From IMG/VR virus record IMGVR_UViG_3300008262_000052: a stretch of 17,945 nt of DNA, one strand, 5' to 3'. How positions within the stretch are numbered: the first letter of the stretch is position 1; each line of letters opens with the position of its first letter. The DNA comes from a virus. Taxonomy: Duplodnaviria > Heunggongvirae > Uroviricota > Caudoviricetes. Below are positions 8,569-15,150 of the stretch, piece after piece. The notes beneath the pieces were generated by a model that was given only the letters and a program-made list of their open reading frames with translations, had not been told where the DNA came from and made no database searches. The translations under genes and the position numbers were made by a program.

Positions 8569-8759
8569 TATATCCATCCTTTTAAATTTTGATTTGCTCT
8601 TAGTTGCCAAGGTGCTTCACCTCTGCTGATTGAACGCTGTCTGCGTTCTAGGTCTTCTAAACTGATGCTGTCTGCTAGATACTCTTCTACAAATTGTTTT
8701 TCAGTGCGAGTATTGAGCAAATCTTTGAACATGTTTTTAAGCATTACTGTACCCAACAT
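8568..8759 (-). CDS. Small protein, 63 aa, DUF3563-like
   Basis: EEYLADSISLEDLERRQR resembles the DUF3563 pattern (YLA-x5-DLERR); TAATG overlaps. Confidence 0.65.
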   Translation of the reverse strand: MLGTVMLKNMFKDLLNTRTEKQFVEEYLADSISLEDLERRQRSISRGEAPWQLRANQNLKGWI

Positions 8760-8917
8760 TATCGTATTCCATATGCTGCTTCACTGGCAATAACTGGAAT
8801 CATGTCTGGCGAAAGTCCAAGATCGCGTAACTGATGATAGTTAAGCGAATTTAACTCTCTTAGAGTTTGCTTATAGGTTTTATGACGAACAAGCCAAGTT
8901 TTAAATTTTGCGATCAT
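8759..8917 (-). CDS. DUF1127 (YjiS-like) small protein, 52 aa
   Basis: Manual translation MIAKFKTWLVRHKTYKQTLRELNSLNYHQLRDLGLSPDMIPVIASEAAYGIR. It has the DUF1127 core T-x-RELxxL-x3-LxDLGL-x4-I. Absent from the ORF track because of its size. Confidence 0.85.
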   Translation of the reverse strand: MIAKFKTWLVRHKTYKQTLRELNSLNYHQLRDLGLSPDMIPVIASEAAYGIR

Positions 8918-9081
8918 TCTGTTGCTCCCATACTAGGAGCCACGCCAAATTCTTTCATATGATGATAGGCAAATGTAGAATCTTTTTTGTATTCTATACG
9001 AGCCCAAGTTTCTAGGTCTTTGTCTGCTGGACGTGGAGCAAGGCTACGAACCCAACCGTCAAATAGTTTTAGTGTTAACAT
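8914..9081 (-). CDS. Small protein, 55 aa (MLTLKLFDGWVRSLAPRPADKDLETWARIEYKKDSTFAYHHMKEFGVAPSMGATE)
   Basis: AGGAAGAG SD; ATGA overlap with the DUF1127 gene; first gene of the chain. Confidence 0.7.
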   Translation of the reverse strand: MLTLKLFDGWVRSLAPRPADKDLETWARIEYKKDSTFAYHHMKEFGVAPSMGATE

Positions 9082-9111
9082 TTTTCTCTTCCTGTGTTTC
9101 TGTATCTTACA

Positions 9112-9140
9112 TATTTAGTGCTAATACTTGACAAAATCAA
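9112..9140 (-). promoter_or_regulatory. Candidate promoter for the small-ORF operon (TTGATT-N17-TAAATA; TAAATA also matches the late motif)
   Basis: Read from the minus strand upstream of 9081; the -10 is non-canonical for sigma70. Confidence 0.45.
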
Positions 9141-9156
9141 GCGTGATTTGTGCAAT
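9128..9156 (+). promoter_or_regulatory. Sigma70-like promoter TTGACA-N17-TGCAAT directed toward pstS
   Basis: Perfect -35, 17-nt spacer and a 4/6 match at -10. Confidence 0.5.
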
Positions 9157-9161
9157 TCCGA

Positions 9162-9178
9162 TATGCAGTTCGTGCATA
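9162..9178. promoter_or_regulatory. Palindromic operator TATGCA-N5-TGCATA containing a LysR-type T-N11-A
   Basis: Dyad symmetry, with T9164-N11-A9176. Confidence 0.4.
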
Positions 9179-9187
9179 CCTAGAAAT

Positions 9188-9205
9188 ATGAAATTTTTGT
9201 AACAA
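9188..9205 (-). promoter_or_regulatory. Second, inverted Pho-box-like site TTGTTAC-AAAA-ATTTCAT
   Basis: 7-4-7 layout with 11-bp period, about 13/18 to the E. coli-type consensus; no -10 at the canonical distance. Confidence 0.45.
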
Positions 9206-9212
9206 CAGTAGA

Positions 9213-9246
9213 ATTTCATAAATCTGTTACAATTTTTTGTTATACT
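9213..9246 (+). promoter_or_regulatory. Pho box promoter of pstS: ATTTCATAAATCTGTTAC-N10-TATACT
   Basis: 15/18 match to CTGTCATA(A/T)A(T/A)CTGT(C/A)A(C/T), located exactly 10 nt upstream of a TATACT -10, which is the canonical PhoB-activated geometry. Confidence 0.8.
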
Positions 9247-9307
9247 AACGACTATATAGTTTTGTATAGGAGAGACCTATGCACTATACGCACAGAAGGA
9301 GACATAT

Positions 9308-10270
9308 ATGCGTTCATTTGCTATCGCTGCCGTTGCAGCCCTAGTACTATCCACACCAGCACTTGCAAGAGACAATGTTCAAGTTACTGGTTCATCTACA
9401 GTTCTACCATATGCAACCATTGTTGCTGAAGCATTTGGAGAAAATTTTGAATTTCCGTCGCCAGTAGTTGAAGGCGGTGGTTCAGGCGCTGGCCGTAAGA
9501 AATTATGCGAAGGCGTTGGTGAAAACACTGTTGACATTGCAAACAGCAGTTCAAAGATGAAAGAAGAAGAATGGGCCAAGTGCGAAGAAGTTGTTGGTCC
9601 TATTACAGAAGTTAGAATTGGTTACGATGGCATTGTATTTGCATCTAACATTGATCAACTCAACATTGATGACTTGACTGTAGTTCAACTGTACACTGCA
9701 CTACACGCAGACAGCACTGCAAAACTATGGAGTGATGTTGATCCTGCTCTACCAGCGGTAGAGATTCTTGCTTATATTCCAGGTACCAAGCACGGCACTA
9801 GAGAAGTGTTTGATGTAAAGGTTATGGAAGCAGGTTGTAAAGAAGCACTAGGTGTTGAAAAACTAGACGACGATCAGAAGAAGGCTTGTGTTAAGGTTCG
9901 CACTGATGGCGCAGCAATTGATATCGACGGCGACTACACTGAGACACTTGCACGTCTTGCAGCGAATAATACAGCACTGGGTGTGTTTGGTCTTAGTTTC
10001 TATCAGAACAACACTGACAAGCTAGAAGTTGCTACAGTAAGCGGCGTATTCCCCAGCGTAGAAACAATCTCAAGTGGCGATTATCCAATCAGCCGTCCGC
10101 TTTACTTCTATGTCAAGGATGCACACCTTGAAGTAATCCCAGGACTGAAAGAATACGTACAATTCTTCGTAAGTGATGAAATGGCAGGCTCAGACGGTGC
10201 TCTAGCACAATACGGTCTTGTTCCAGATCCAGAACTTGCAGCAACTCAAGCAGAGTGGGCTAACAAGTAA
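9308..10270 (+). CDS. pstS: Phosphate ABC transporter periplasmic binding protein (auxiliary metabolic gene)
   Basis: Signal peptide ending ALA-RD; motifs GSSTVLP, GGGSGAG, DIANSS, HGTREVF and YPISRPLYFY; AAGGAGA SD. Confidence 0.93.
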   Translation: MRSFAIAAVAALVLSTPALARDNVQVTGSSTVLPYATIVAEAFGENFEFPSPVVEGGGSGAGRKKLCEGVGENTVDIANSSSKMKEEEWAKCEEVVGPITEVRIGYDGIVFASNIDQLNIDDLTVVQLYTALHADSTAKLWSDVDPALPAVEILAYIPGTKHGTREVFDVKVMEAGCKEALGVEKLDDDQKKACVKVRTDGAAIDIDGDYTETLARLAANNTALGVFGLSFYQNNTDKLEVATVSGVFPSVETISSGDYPISRPLYFYVKDAHLEVIPGLKEYVQFFVSDEMAGSDGALAQYGLVPDPELAATQAEWANK

Positions 10271-10280
10271 TCGAAATACT

Positions 10281-10308
10281 CAAGGAGCAGGATTAATCCT
10301 GCTCCTTG
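10281..10308. terminator. Bidirectional terminator (perfect 28-bp palindrome)
   Basis: CAAGGAGCAGGA-TTAA-TCCTGCTCCTTG lies between the convergent pstS and lipase genes. Confidence 0.7.
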
Positions 10309-11057
10309 TTCCATGCTTCTATATTGGCAATATAGTTTGACATTGAGTGATCTGAAAAGTTATCAATACTACCTTTCTTAATACCCATCCACATACCGCG
10401 CCAACGATCCTTTACACGCTGCCATCCTGTGTTCTTTCGTACCTGTCCATAGGCGTTCATATAGTGTTCTGTACCGTGATGACGATAGCCCATGATATTT
10501 AATGGTACACGAGTAACAACATCATTGTTGTTTACCCAACGGTGATGTTCGACACCAAGATGAACAACATAACCCTTCCAACCTACACGCGGTGAACCAA
10601 ATGTGTAGAGTTCTACAGGATCAGGTAGTTCCTCGCAATACAAACAACGGCTGGCCATAATGGTTGCCATTGCAGCACCAAGACTGTGTCCAGTGAACCA
10701 AAGCGATTGCTCGGCACGTTTGGCCGATAGGTCTTCGACAACCATAGGCCAAAGATCGTCAACTTCTCGTTTGAATCCTCTGTGTACACGACTGACTGTT
10801 TCTGCTATAACAGGTATTGCTTTTAAATCTGCTTTGATGTCGTTGAAGCAAGTGGGTTCTGTACCTCTACATGCAATAACTAGATCATTTTTGTTTTGGA
10901 AACGGTAGGCTTGTGCGCCGTCTTTATTGTAAAATTCTACAGTAGTGAAGCCCAATTCTTTGGCTTGCTTTTTTACTTCTTTGAGATTGCCATATGCAAT
11001 GGCAGATAGTCTAGCGAATAAGAGGCTACGCTCTTTAAAATTTAGATCCTTTATCAT
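10293..11057 (-). CDS. Lipase class 3 (alpha/beta hydrolase)
   Basis: GHSLG nucleophile elbow, CRGT oxyanion region, VHRGF, DVV Asp and DHSM His. ATG at 11057 with a GAGGG SD is the likelier start than 11072. Confidence 0.88.
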   Translation of the reverse strand: MIKDLNFKERSLLFARLSAIAYGNLKEVKKQAKELGFTTVEFYNKDGAQAYRFQNKNDLVIACRGTEPTCFNDIKADLKAIPVIAETVSRVHRGFKREVDDLWPMVVEDLSAKRAEQSLWFTGHSLGAAMATIMASRCLYCEELPDPVELYTFGSPRVGWKGYVVHLGVEHHRWVNNNDVVTRVPLNIMGYRHHGTEHYMNAYGQVRKNTGWQRVKDRWRGMWMGIKKGSIDNFSDHSMSNYIANIEAWNKEQD

Positions 11058-11337
11058 TTTTTTTGCCCTCAAGTTGATCTAGACGCTGTTCAATTGCGTC
11101 AATTTTAGCTGTTATTTTTGGATATTTTTTTCGCCATGCGTCTTCTGGTTGTTCTAACCATTTTAATCCCCAGTGTTCTACTAGATAATCCACAATACGA
11201 TCAAAGTGTGCATAACCCCACAATCCGATTCTAGTAGTGCTTAGATATGCAAGTACTATTGCACCTATAATACTACCAGCAATACTTGTGTAAATCCACA
11301 ATGTATCGCCAAACATTTTATCAATTATTTCCCACAT
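11035..11337 (-). CDS. Membrane protein with N-terminal TM helix and C-terminal coiled coil (100 aa)
   Basis: Hydrophobic stretch LWIYTSIAGSIIGAIVLAYL; GAGGG SD; TATAAATA upstream. Confidence 0.75.
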   Translation of the reverse strand: MWEIIDKMFGDTLWIYTSIAGSIIGAIVLAYLSTTRIGLWGYAHFDRIVDYLVEHWGLKWLEQPEDAWRKKYPKITAKIDAIEQRLDQLEGKKNDKGSKF

Positions 11338-11359
11338 AGTTTGCCCTCACTTATCTAGA

Positions 11360-11367
11360 TATTTATA
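11360..11367 (-). promoter_or_regulatory. T4-type late promoter TATAAATA
   Basis: Exact T4 late consensus, 22 nt upstream of the ATG at 11337. Confidence 0.7.
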
Positions 11368-11379
11368 TGCAAAGGTAAC

Positions 11380-11385
11380 TAAATA
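11380..11385 (+). promoter_or_regulatory. Late promoter motif TAAATA
   Basis: Upstream of 11403. The same motif recurs before genes at 13632, 14548, 14864 and 16523. Confidence 0.6.
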
Positions 11386-11402
11386 CTACAAGGATCGATA
11401 AA

Positions 11403-11657
11403 ATGAAAAAAAGAACTCGTGGTATTTTAGAAGAACTATCCAGTGTAGGCCGCAAGGACTATGCTGATGCATTTATTCAGACAACTGGCAATAATATTAT
11501 AGAATCAGCAATCAATTTATTAACAAAAATACACGAGAGTTATCCAGAAGACACTGCCGTAGATCTAGAACGTAGATTTATCAATGCTATTCGCAGTGCC
11601 AATCCACAAAAGTTCAAGACCGGAGTGGACAAGATCATCGAAAGTAAAAAGAAATGA
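11403..11657 (+). CDS. Hypothetical helical protein (84 aa)
   Basis: AAGGA SD; ATGA overlap with the next gene. Confidence 0.8.
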   Translation: MKKRTRGILEELSSVGRKDYADAFIQTTGNNIIESAINLLTKIHESYPEDTAVDLERRFINAIRSANPQKFKTGVDKIIESKKK

Positions 11658-12397
11658 AACTCAACGAAGGTGGCAATGTTTTTGACGGAACATCAGACTT
11701 TGATCATGCAGTTATTCCGCAACTAACAAAGGCCGTTAACTCAGTTCTAGACAATATAAAGATCAAAGGTTATCCAATTGGTTCTGGAGCCACACCAACA
11801 CCTGGAAAGAAGAGTGGCGATTTAGATATTATTGTAGATCAGGATGCTGTAATGACAGCATTGGGCACAGACAAGCCTCTACCCACCAAAAAAGCACTAG
11901 AAGACTTATTCAAACGTGCAGGTTTCGAAACAAAAGTTATTGGCATAAACGTACACGTAAAAGTTCCGGCTGGCAATACTGCTCATCAAGTTGACTTGAT
12001 GTTAGTACCCAACAGCGAAGCAGTTAGTAAATTTCACATACACAATATTCCTAAAGGCAGTCCGTATAAAGGATTGAACAAGCAGTTAGCAATGGCTAAA
12101 TTGGCCAAAGAAAAAGACATGAAGTGGAGTGCGTTTAAGGGGTTGCTAAACAGAGCAGATGATAGTATAGTATCAACAGACATAGATGAAATTGCCAAGA
12201 TACTGATAGGACCAAATGCATCTGCAAAAGACCTAGGTTCAGTAGAAGCCATTGTTGCAGCACTTGGTCCTAACGGAGATCAATTCTTATCTGGTCTAAG
12301 AGCCGATCCAGCATGGAAAGAAGTACAGCCTACGGAAACTTTAGATGACAAGCACCTTAATAGAATTAAGGAATTAACGGCAAGGTTGATGCAATGA
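11654..12397 (+). CDS. Pol-beta superfamily nucleotidyltransferase
   Basis: GS...GDLDIIVD motif (GSGATPTPGKKSGDLDIIVD) and a third acidic residue in QVDLM. Confidence 0.75.
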   Translation: MKLNEGGNVFDGTSDFDHAVIPQLTKAVNSVLDNIKIKGYPIGSGATPTPGKKSGDLDIIVDQDAVMTALGTDKPLPTKKALEDLFKRAGFETKVIGINVHVKVPAGNTAHQVDLMLVPNSEAVSKFHIHNIPKGSPYKGLNKQLAMAKLAKEKDMKWSAFKGLLNRADDSIVSTDIDEIAKILIGPNASAKDLGSVEAIVAALGPNGDQFLSGLRADPAWKEVQPTETLDDKHLNRIKELTARLMQ

Positions 12398-13584
12398 GAT
12401 ATCAAGAGATAGTAACAGAAGCGTGGAGCCAAAAGTATAAACGCAGCATCGATTGCAGCAACCCAAAAGGTTTTAGTCAACGTGCTCATTGTGCTGGAAG
12501 AAAGAAAAACGAAAGTATCAACGAAGAAGCCAAGGTTGGTAGAGAATATCAACACTTGGAAGATCTTGTATTTGTAGATGGTGCTGCTGGTGCAATAGAA
12601 GCAGCAGACATACTGGATCGCATGGCTGGCGGCACTGAATCTATTTCTATCAAGTGGGACGGCAATCCTACTGTCTACTTTGGTAGAGAGCCGGACGGAA
12701 CATTTGTATTAACAGGCAAGAACGGCTGGGGACGCAATCAAAGCACCAGCCCAGAAGACCTTGCAAACTTTATTAAAAGCACAGGCAAAGGCGAAGACTG
12801 GAGAGAACAGTTTGGCAATGACATGGCGGAGATATTCCGAACTGTACAAGCAAGTTTTCCCAAGAACTTCGAAGGATACTTGTTTGGAGACTTACTGTAT
12901 CATCCAGGCAAACCAGTACAAAAAACAGAACAAGGCTACACATTTACCCCTAACAAAGTTACCTACACCGTTGACCCTAATAGCGAAATCGGCAAGCGAA
13001 TCGGCGCTAGTAAGATTGGTGTAGTGGTGCATAGCAAATACTCTGCATTTGGACAGAAGGATGGTACTCCTATAGAGGATGTATCAAACCTAAACAGTCG
13101 AGATGTGGTTGTTTTAGGACAGACTTACGTAACTCACCAGCCCAAGATTGACAACAGCGAAACTGATAGTATTAGAAAGTTTGCAAAAGCAAACAGCAGA
13201 ATCATTGACAGTTTCCTAGCACCGCAGGCTGGATTGAGTGATCTTAAAAACATCATCTACACTTTTGTTAATCAAATGGCAAAAGCAAAACAACTGAATC
13301 AAGTTAATCCAAACGGCTTTTTCAATTGGCTCAAAACCAGCAAGATAAGTCAACCCAAGCAACTCAAGATATTTGATATGCACAAAAACAATGCTGACGG
13401 ATTGACTGCTATCTTTAAATTGGTAGGTAGAATTCAAGCAGCAAAGAATCATTTGATTGATCAACTGGATTCTGCTCCTGCTGATGTACGAGCATCAACT
13501 GGTGATGAAGCAGGTGGCGAAGGCTATGTATCAACTGGTAGTAAGGTTAAGTTGGTTCCAAGACATCGCTGGACACCAAACTGA
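12394..13584 (+). CDS. KxDG ligase-like/covalent nucleotidyltransferase protein (recalled as DUF6267-like), with an N-terminal basic Cys cassette
   Basis: HLEDL, SIKWDGNP, GDLLY and C-terminal GEGYV..KVKLVPR motifs. Confidence 0.6.
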   Translation: MRYQEIVTEAWSQKYKRSIDCSNPKGFSQRAHCAGRKKNESINEEAKVGREYQHLEDLVFVDGAAGAIEAADILDRMAGGTESISIKWDGNPTVYFGREPDGTFVLTGKNGWGRNQSTSPEDLANFIKSTGKGEDWREQFGNDMAEIFRTVQASFPKNFEGYLFGDLLYHPGKPVQKTEQGYTFTPNKVTYTVDPNSEIGKRIGASKIGVVVHSKYSAFGQKDGTPIEDVSNLNSRDVVVLGQTYVTHQPKIDNSETDSIRKFAKANSRIIDSFLAPQAGLSDLKNIIYTFVNQMAKAKQLNQVNPNGFFNWLKTSKISQPKQLKIFDMHKNNADGLTAIFKLVGRIQAAKNHLIDQLDSAPADVRASTGDEAGGEGYVSTGSKVKLVPRHRWTPN

Positions 13585-13631
13585 TCAATCTCGTTTTTAC
13601 ACCATATTACCCCGTATTTCTATCTCCGTGC

Positions 13632-13665
13632 TAAATAATAATAACAACATCTACGGAGCGTAGAT
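13632..13665 (+). promoter_or_regulatory. Late promoter TAAATA followed by 5'-leader hairpin ATCTACG-GAG-CGTAGAT
   Basis: Direct sequence reading; strong TAAGGAGA SD before 13696. Confidence 0.65.
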
Positions 13666-13695
13666 TTGTAGCCATAGAGTATAAGGAGATTTAAA

Positions 13696-14073
13696 ATGGC
13701 AGACGTAACAAGTTTAGCAGTTGGTGCAACAACAGTTGGTGCCAACTACAACAAATTCGTAATTAACACATCAGACGCAGGTCGTGAACTCATTGTCAAG
13801 TTTGCTCTAACAAACATGACCAATGCTAACCTACTTGCTTTCTACAATGCAATCACTCAAGCAGGTGGTGCTAGTGGTGTTCTACCATCTAACACTGGCG
13901 ATGCTTTCACTGTAGCAGGTTTTGGTACTGCCAACGGTTCAGCGTTTGTAAGCGGTACAACTGACATTGTATACTTCCGTGTACAAGGTACTGGTACTTT
14001 CGATACCACTGACGCAGCAGCAGGAACTGGTGCTACTGTAACTGTTGAAGCAGTATTTCAACCAGCTCTCTAA
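13696..14073 (+). CDS. Putative capsid decoration or abundant virion protein (125 aa, A/G/T-rich)
   Basis: Stand-alone cassette with promoter, hairpin, strong SD and terminator; composition typical of small structural proteins. Confidence 0.65.
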   Translation: MADVTSLAVGATTVGANYNKFVINTSDAGRELIVKFALTNMTNANLLAFYNAITQAGGASGVLPSNTGDAFTVAGFGTANGSAFVSGTTDIVYFRVQGTGTFDTTDAAAGTGATVTVEAVFQPAL

Positions 14074-14094
14074 TAGTTGAATAACTATTTGAAA

Positions 14095-14122
14095 GGGTTC
14101 GCGTTTTGCGGACCCTTTTTTT
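14095..14122 (+). terminator. Rho-independent terminator
   Basis: GGGTTCGC-GTTTT-GCGGACCC followed by T7; preceded by a second hairpin AATAGTT-GAAT-AACTATT (14072-14089). Confidence 0.85.
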
Positions 14123-14140
14123 ATGGCTGATAAGTACGTT

Positions 14141-14542
14141 ATGAGATTCCAATTACTAACACTTGTTGATATAACTAGAACAAATGCAAGACGCGGCGAC
14201 GATCCTTATCTGCAAAAGCAACAACAAAACTATCTTACAGCATTACAAACTATAAGTTTAAGAGCAAATCCTGTTATCAATTCAGCACCAACCTCAGAAG
14301 AGAAGTTGATAAAAGATTTGGGTTTTGGATCCAAGTACACTGGCAAGCAACGTATATGGAAACTGAACTTTGGATTTGAATCCGATGAACAACACAACTT
14401 GGACTATCTTGTACATGATTTTAATTACGTTCCTATCATTGACAGTCTTGATGAAACCATCAACTTCACTGATGCAGCCTTTATAACAACGTCTGCAGAA
14501 CATAAAAACATTGTGTTTGTTAAACTAGAAGATTTCAACTGA
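14141..14542 (+). CDS. Hypothetical protein (133 aa)
   Basis: Track ORF 14123..14542. ATG 14141 is preferred because it follows a GATAAGTA late-type motif, while ATG 14123 abuts the terminator U-tract. Confidence 0.75.
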   Translation: MRFQLLTLVDITRTNARRGDDPYLQKQQQNYLTALQTISLRANPVINSAPTSEEKLIKDLGFGSKYTGKQRIWKLNFGFESDEQHNLDYLVHDFNYVPIIDSLDETINFTDAAFITTSAEHKNIVFVKLEDFN

Positions 14543-14613
14543 TCTCATAAATATTAAAAAGGCATCATAGGCATCACATCGAAAAGGCTATTTCCTATCG
14601 TTTAACGGAGAAT

Positions 14614-14856
14614 ATGATGACTATCGCACAATCAACAGATCTTGAAAAAGAGAGTCTAGAAGCACACGTGGACCTGTGCGCCATAAGATATGCTCAACTT
14701 GATCAGCGTTTAACCAAAGTTGAAGACAAACTAGACAGCATTGCCCTTGATATGAAGAACGGCAACGACAGTCTTATTAAAGTTATTGTGGGTGCAGCAG
14801 GCAGCATTGTAGCGGGCCTGCTTTCTACTATTATAGTAATGATCACACAATTTTAA
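14614..14856 (+). CDS. Coiled-coil protein with C-terminal TM anchor (80 aa)
   Basis: Heptad region followed by VIVGAAGSIVAGLLSTIIVMI; GGAGA SD. Confidence 0.75.
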   Translation: MMTIAQSTDLEKESLEAHVDLCAIRYAQLDQRLTKVEDKLDSIALDMKNGNDSLIKVIVGAAGSIVAGLLSTIIVMITQF

Positions 14857-14874
14857 ATCACGATAAATAACTTT

Positions 14875-15150
14875 ATGTTATTACGTGAATTATTTGACAT
14901 AGAACTAGATGAAAAGCAAGTGTGGGGGCGCCGCGGTACAAACGTGGTTCGCAAGTACCGTTGCACTGGCGGTCGTAGACACGGTAGAGTTGTGGCCAAG
15001 ATGGCACAATGCTATGCACCAATTGACATCAAACAGAGTATGCGTTTCAAAAGACTAAAACAAAAGATTGGTGGTCGTATGAGTCGCAAGGCAAAACGAA
15101 CCAAACGTGTCAATCCAGCAAGTCGTAGATTAAAGGCTATGAATAGATAA
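14875..15150 (+). CDS. Highly basic putative internal head/DNA-binding protein A (91 aa)
   Basis: Acidic leader then R/K-rich body; paralogous to the next ORF. Confidence 0.75.
   Translation: MLLRELFDIELDEKQVWGRRGTNVVRKYRCTGGRRHGRVVAKMAQCYAPIDIKQSMRFKRLKQKIGGRMSRKAKRTKRVNPASRRLKAMNR

Noticed and set aside
8322-8760. CcsR-like sRNA repeats downstream of the DUF1127 gene, as in Rhodobacter
   Set aside because: No repeated CCTCCTCCC hairpins are present; the region is fully tiled by ORFs.
9127-9141. Palindrome CTTGACAAAATCAAG as an FNR/FixK box
   Set aside because: The spacing is TTGAC-N3-ATCAA, one base short of TTGAT-N4-ATCAA; overlapping divergent -35 elements explain it.
9265-9344. Hairpin-sequestered SD and 21-aa upstream ORF (ATG 9279) overlapping the pstS start out of frame
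   Set aside because: It could be regulatory, but there is no supporting motif, and pstS has its own strong SD; the evidence is too weak.
11057-11064. A8 run (minus strand) where loss of one A would fuse the TM protein to the lipase
   Set aside because: A GAGGG SD sits directly upstream of the lipase ATG, so independent initiation explains the overlap; a +1 shift has no supporting signal.
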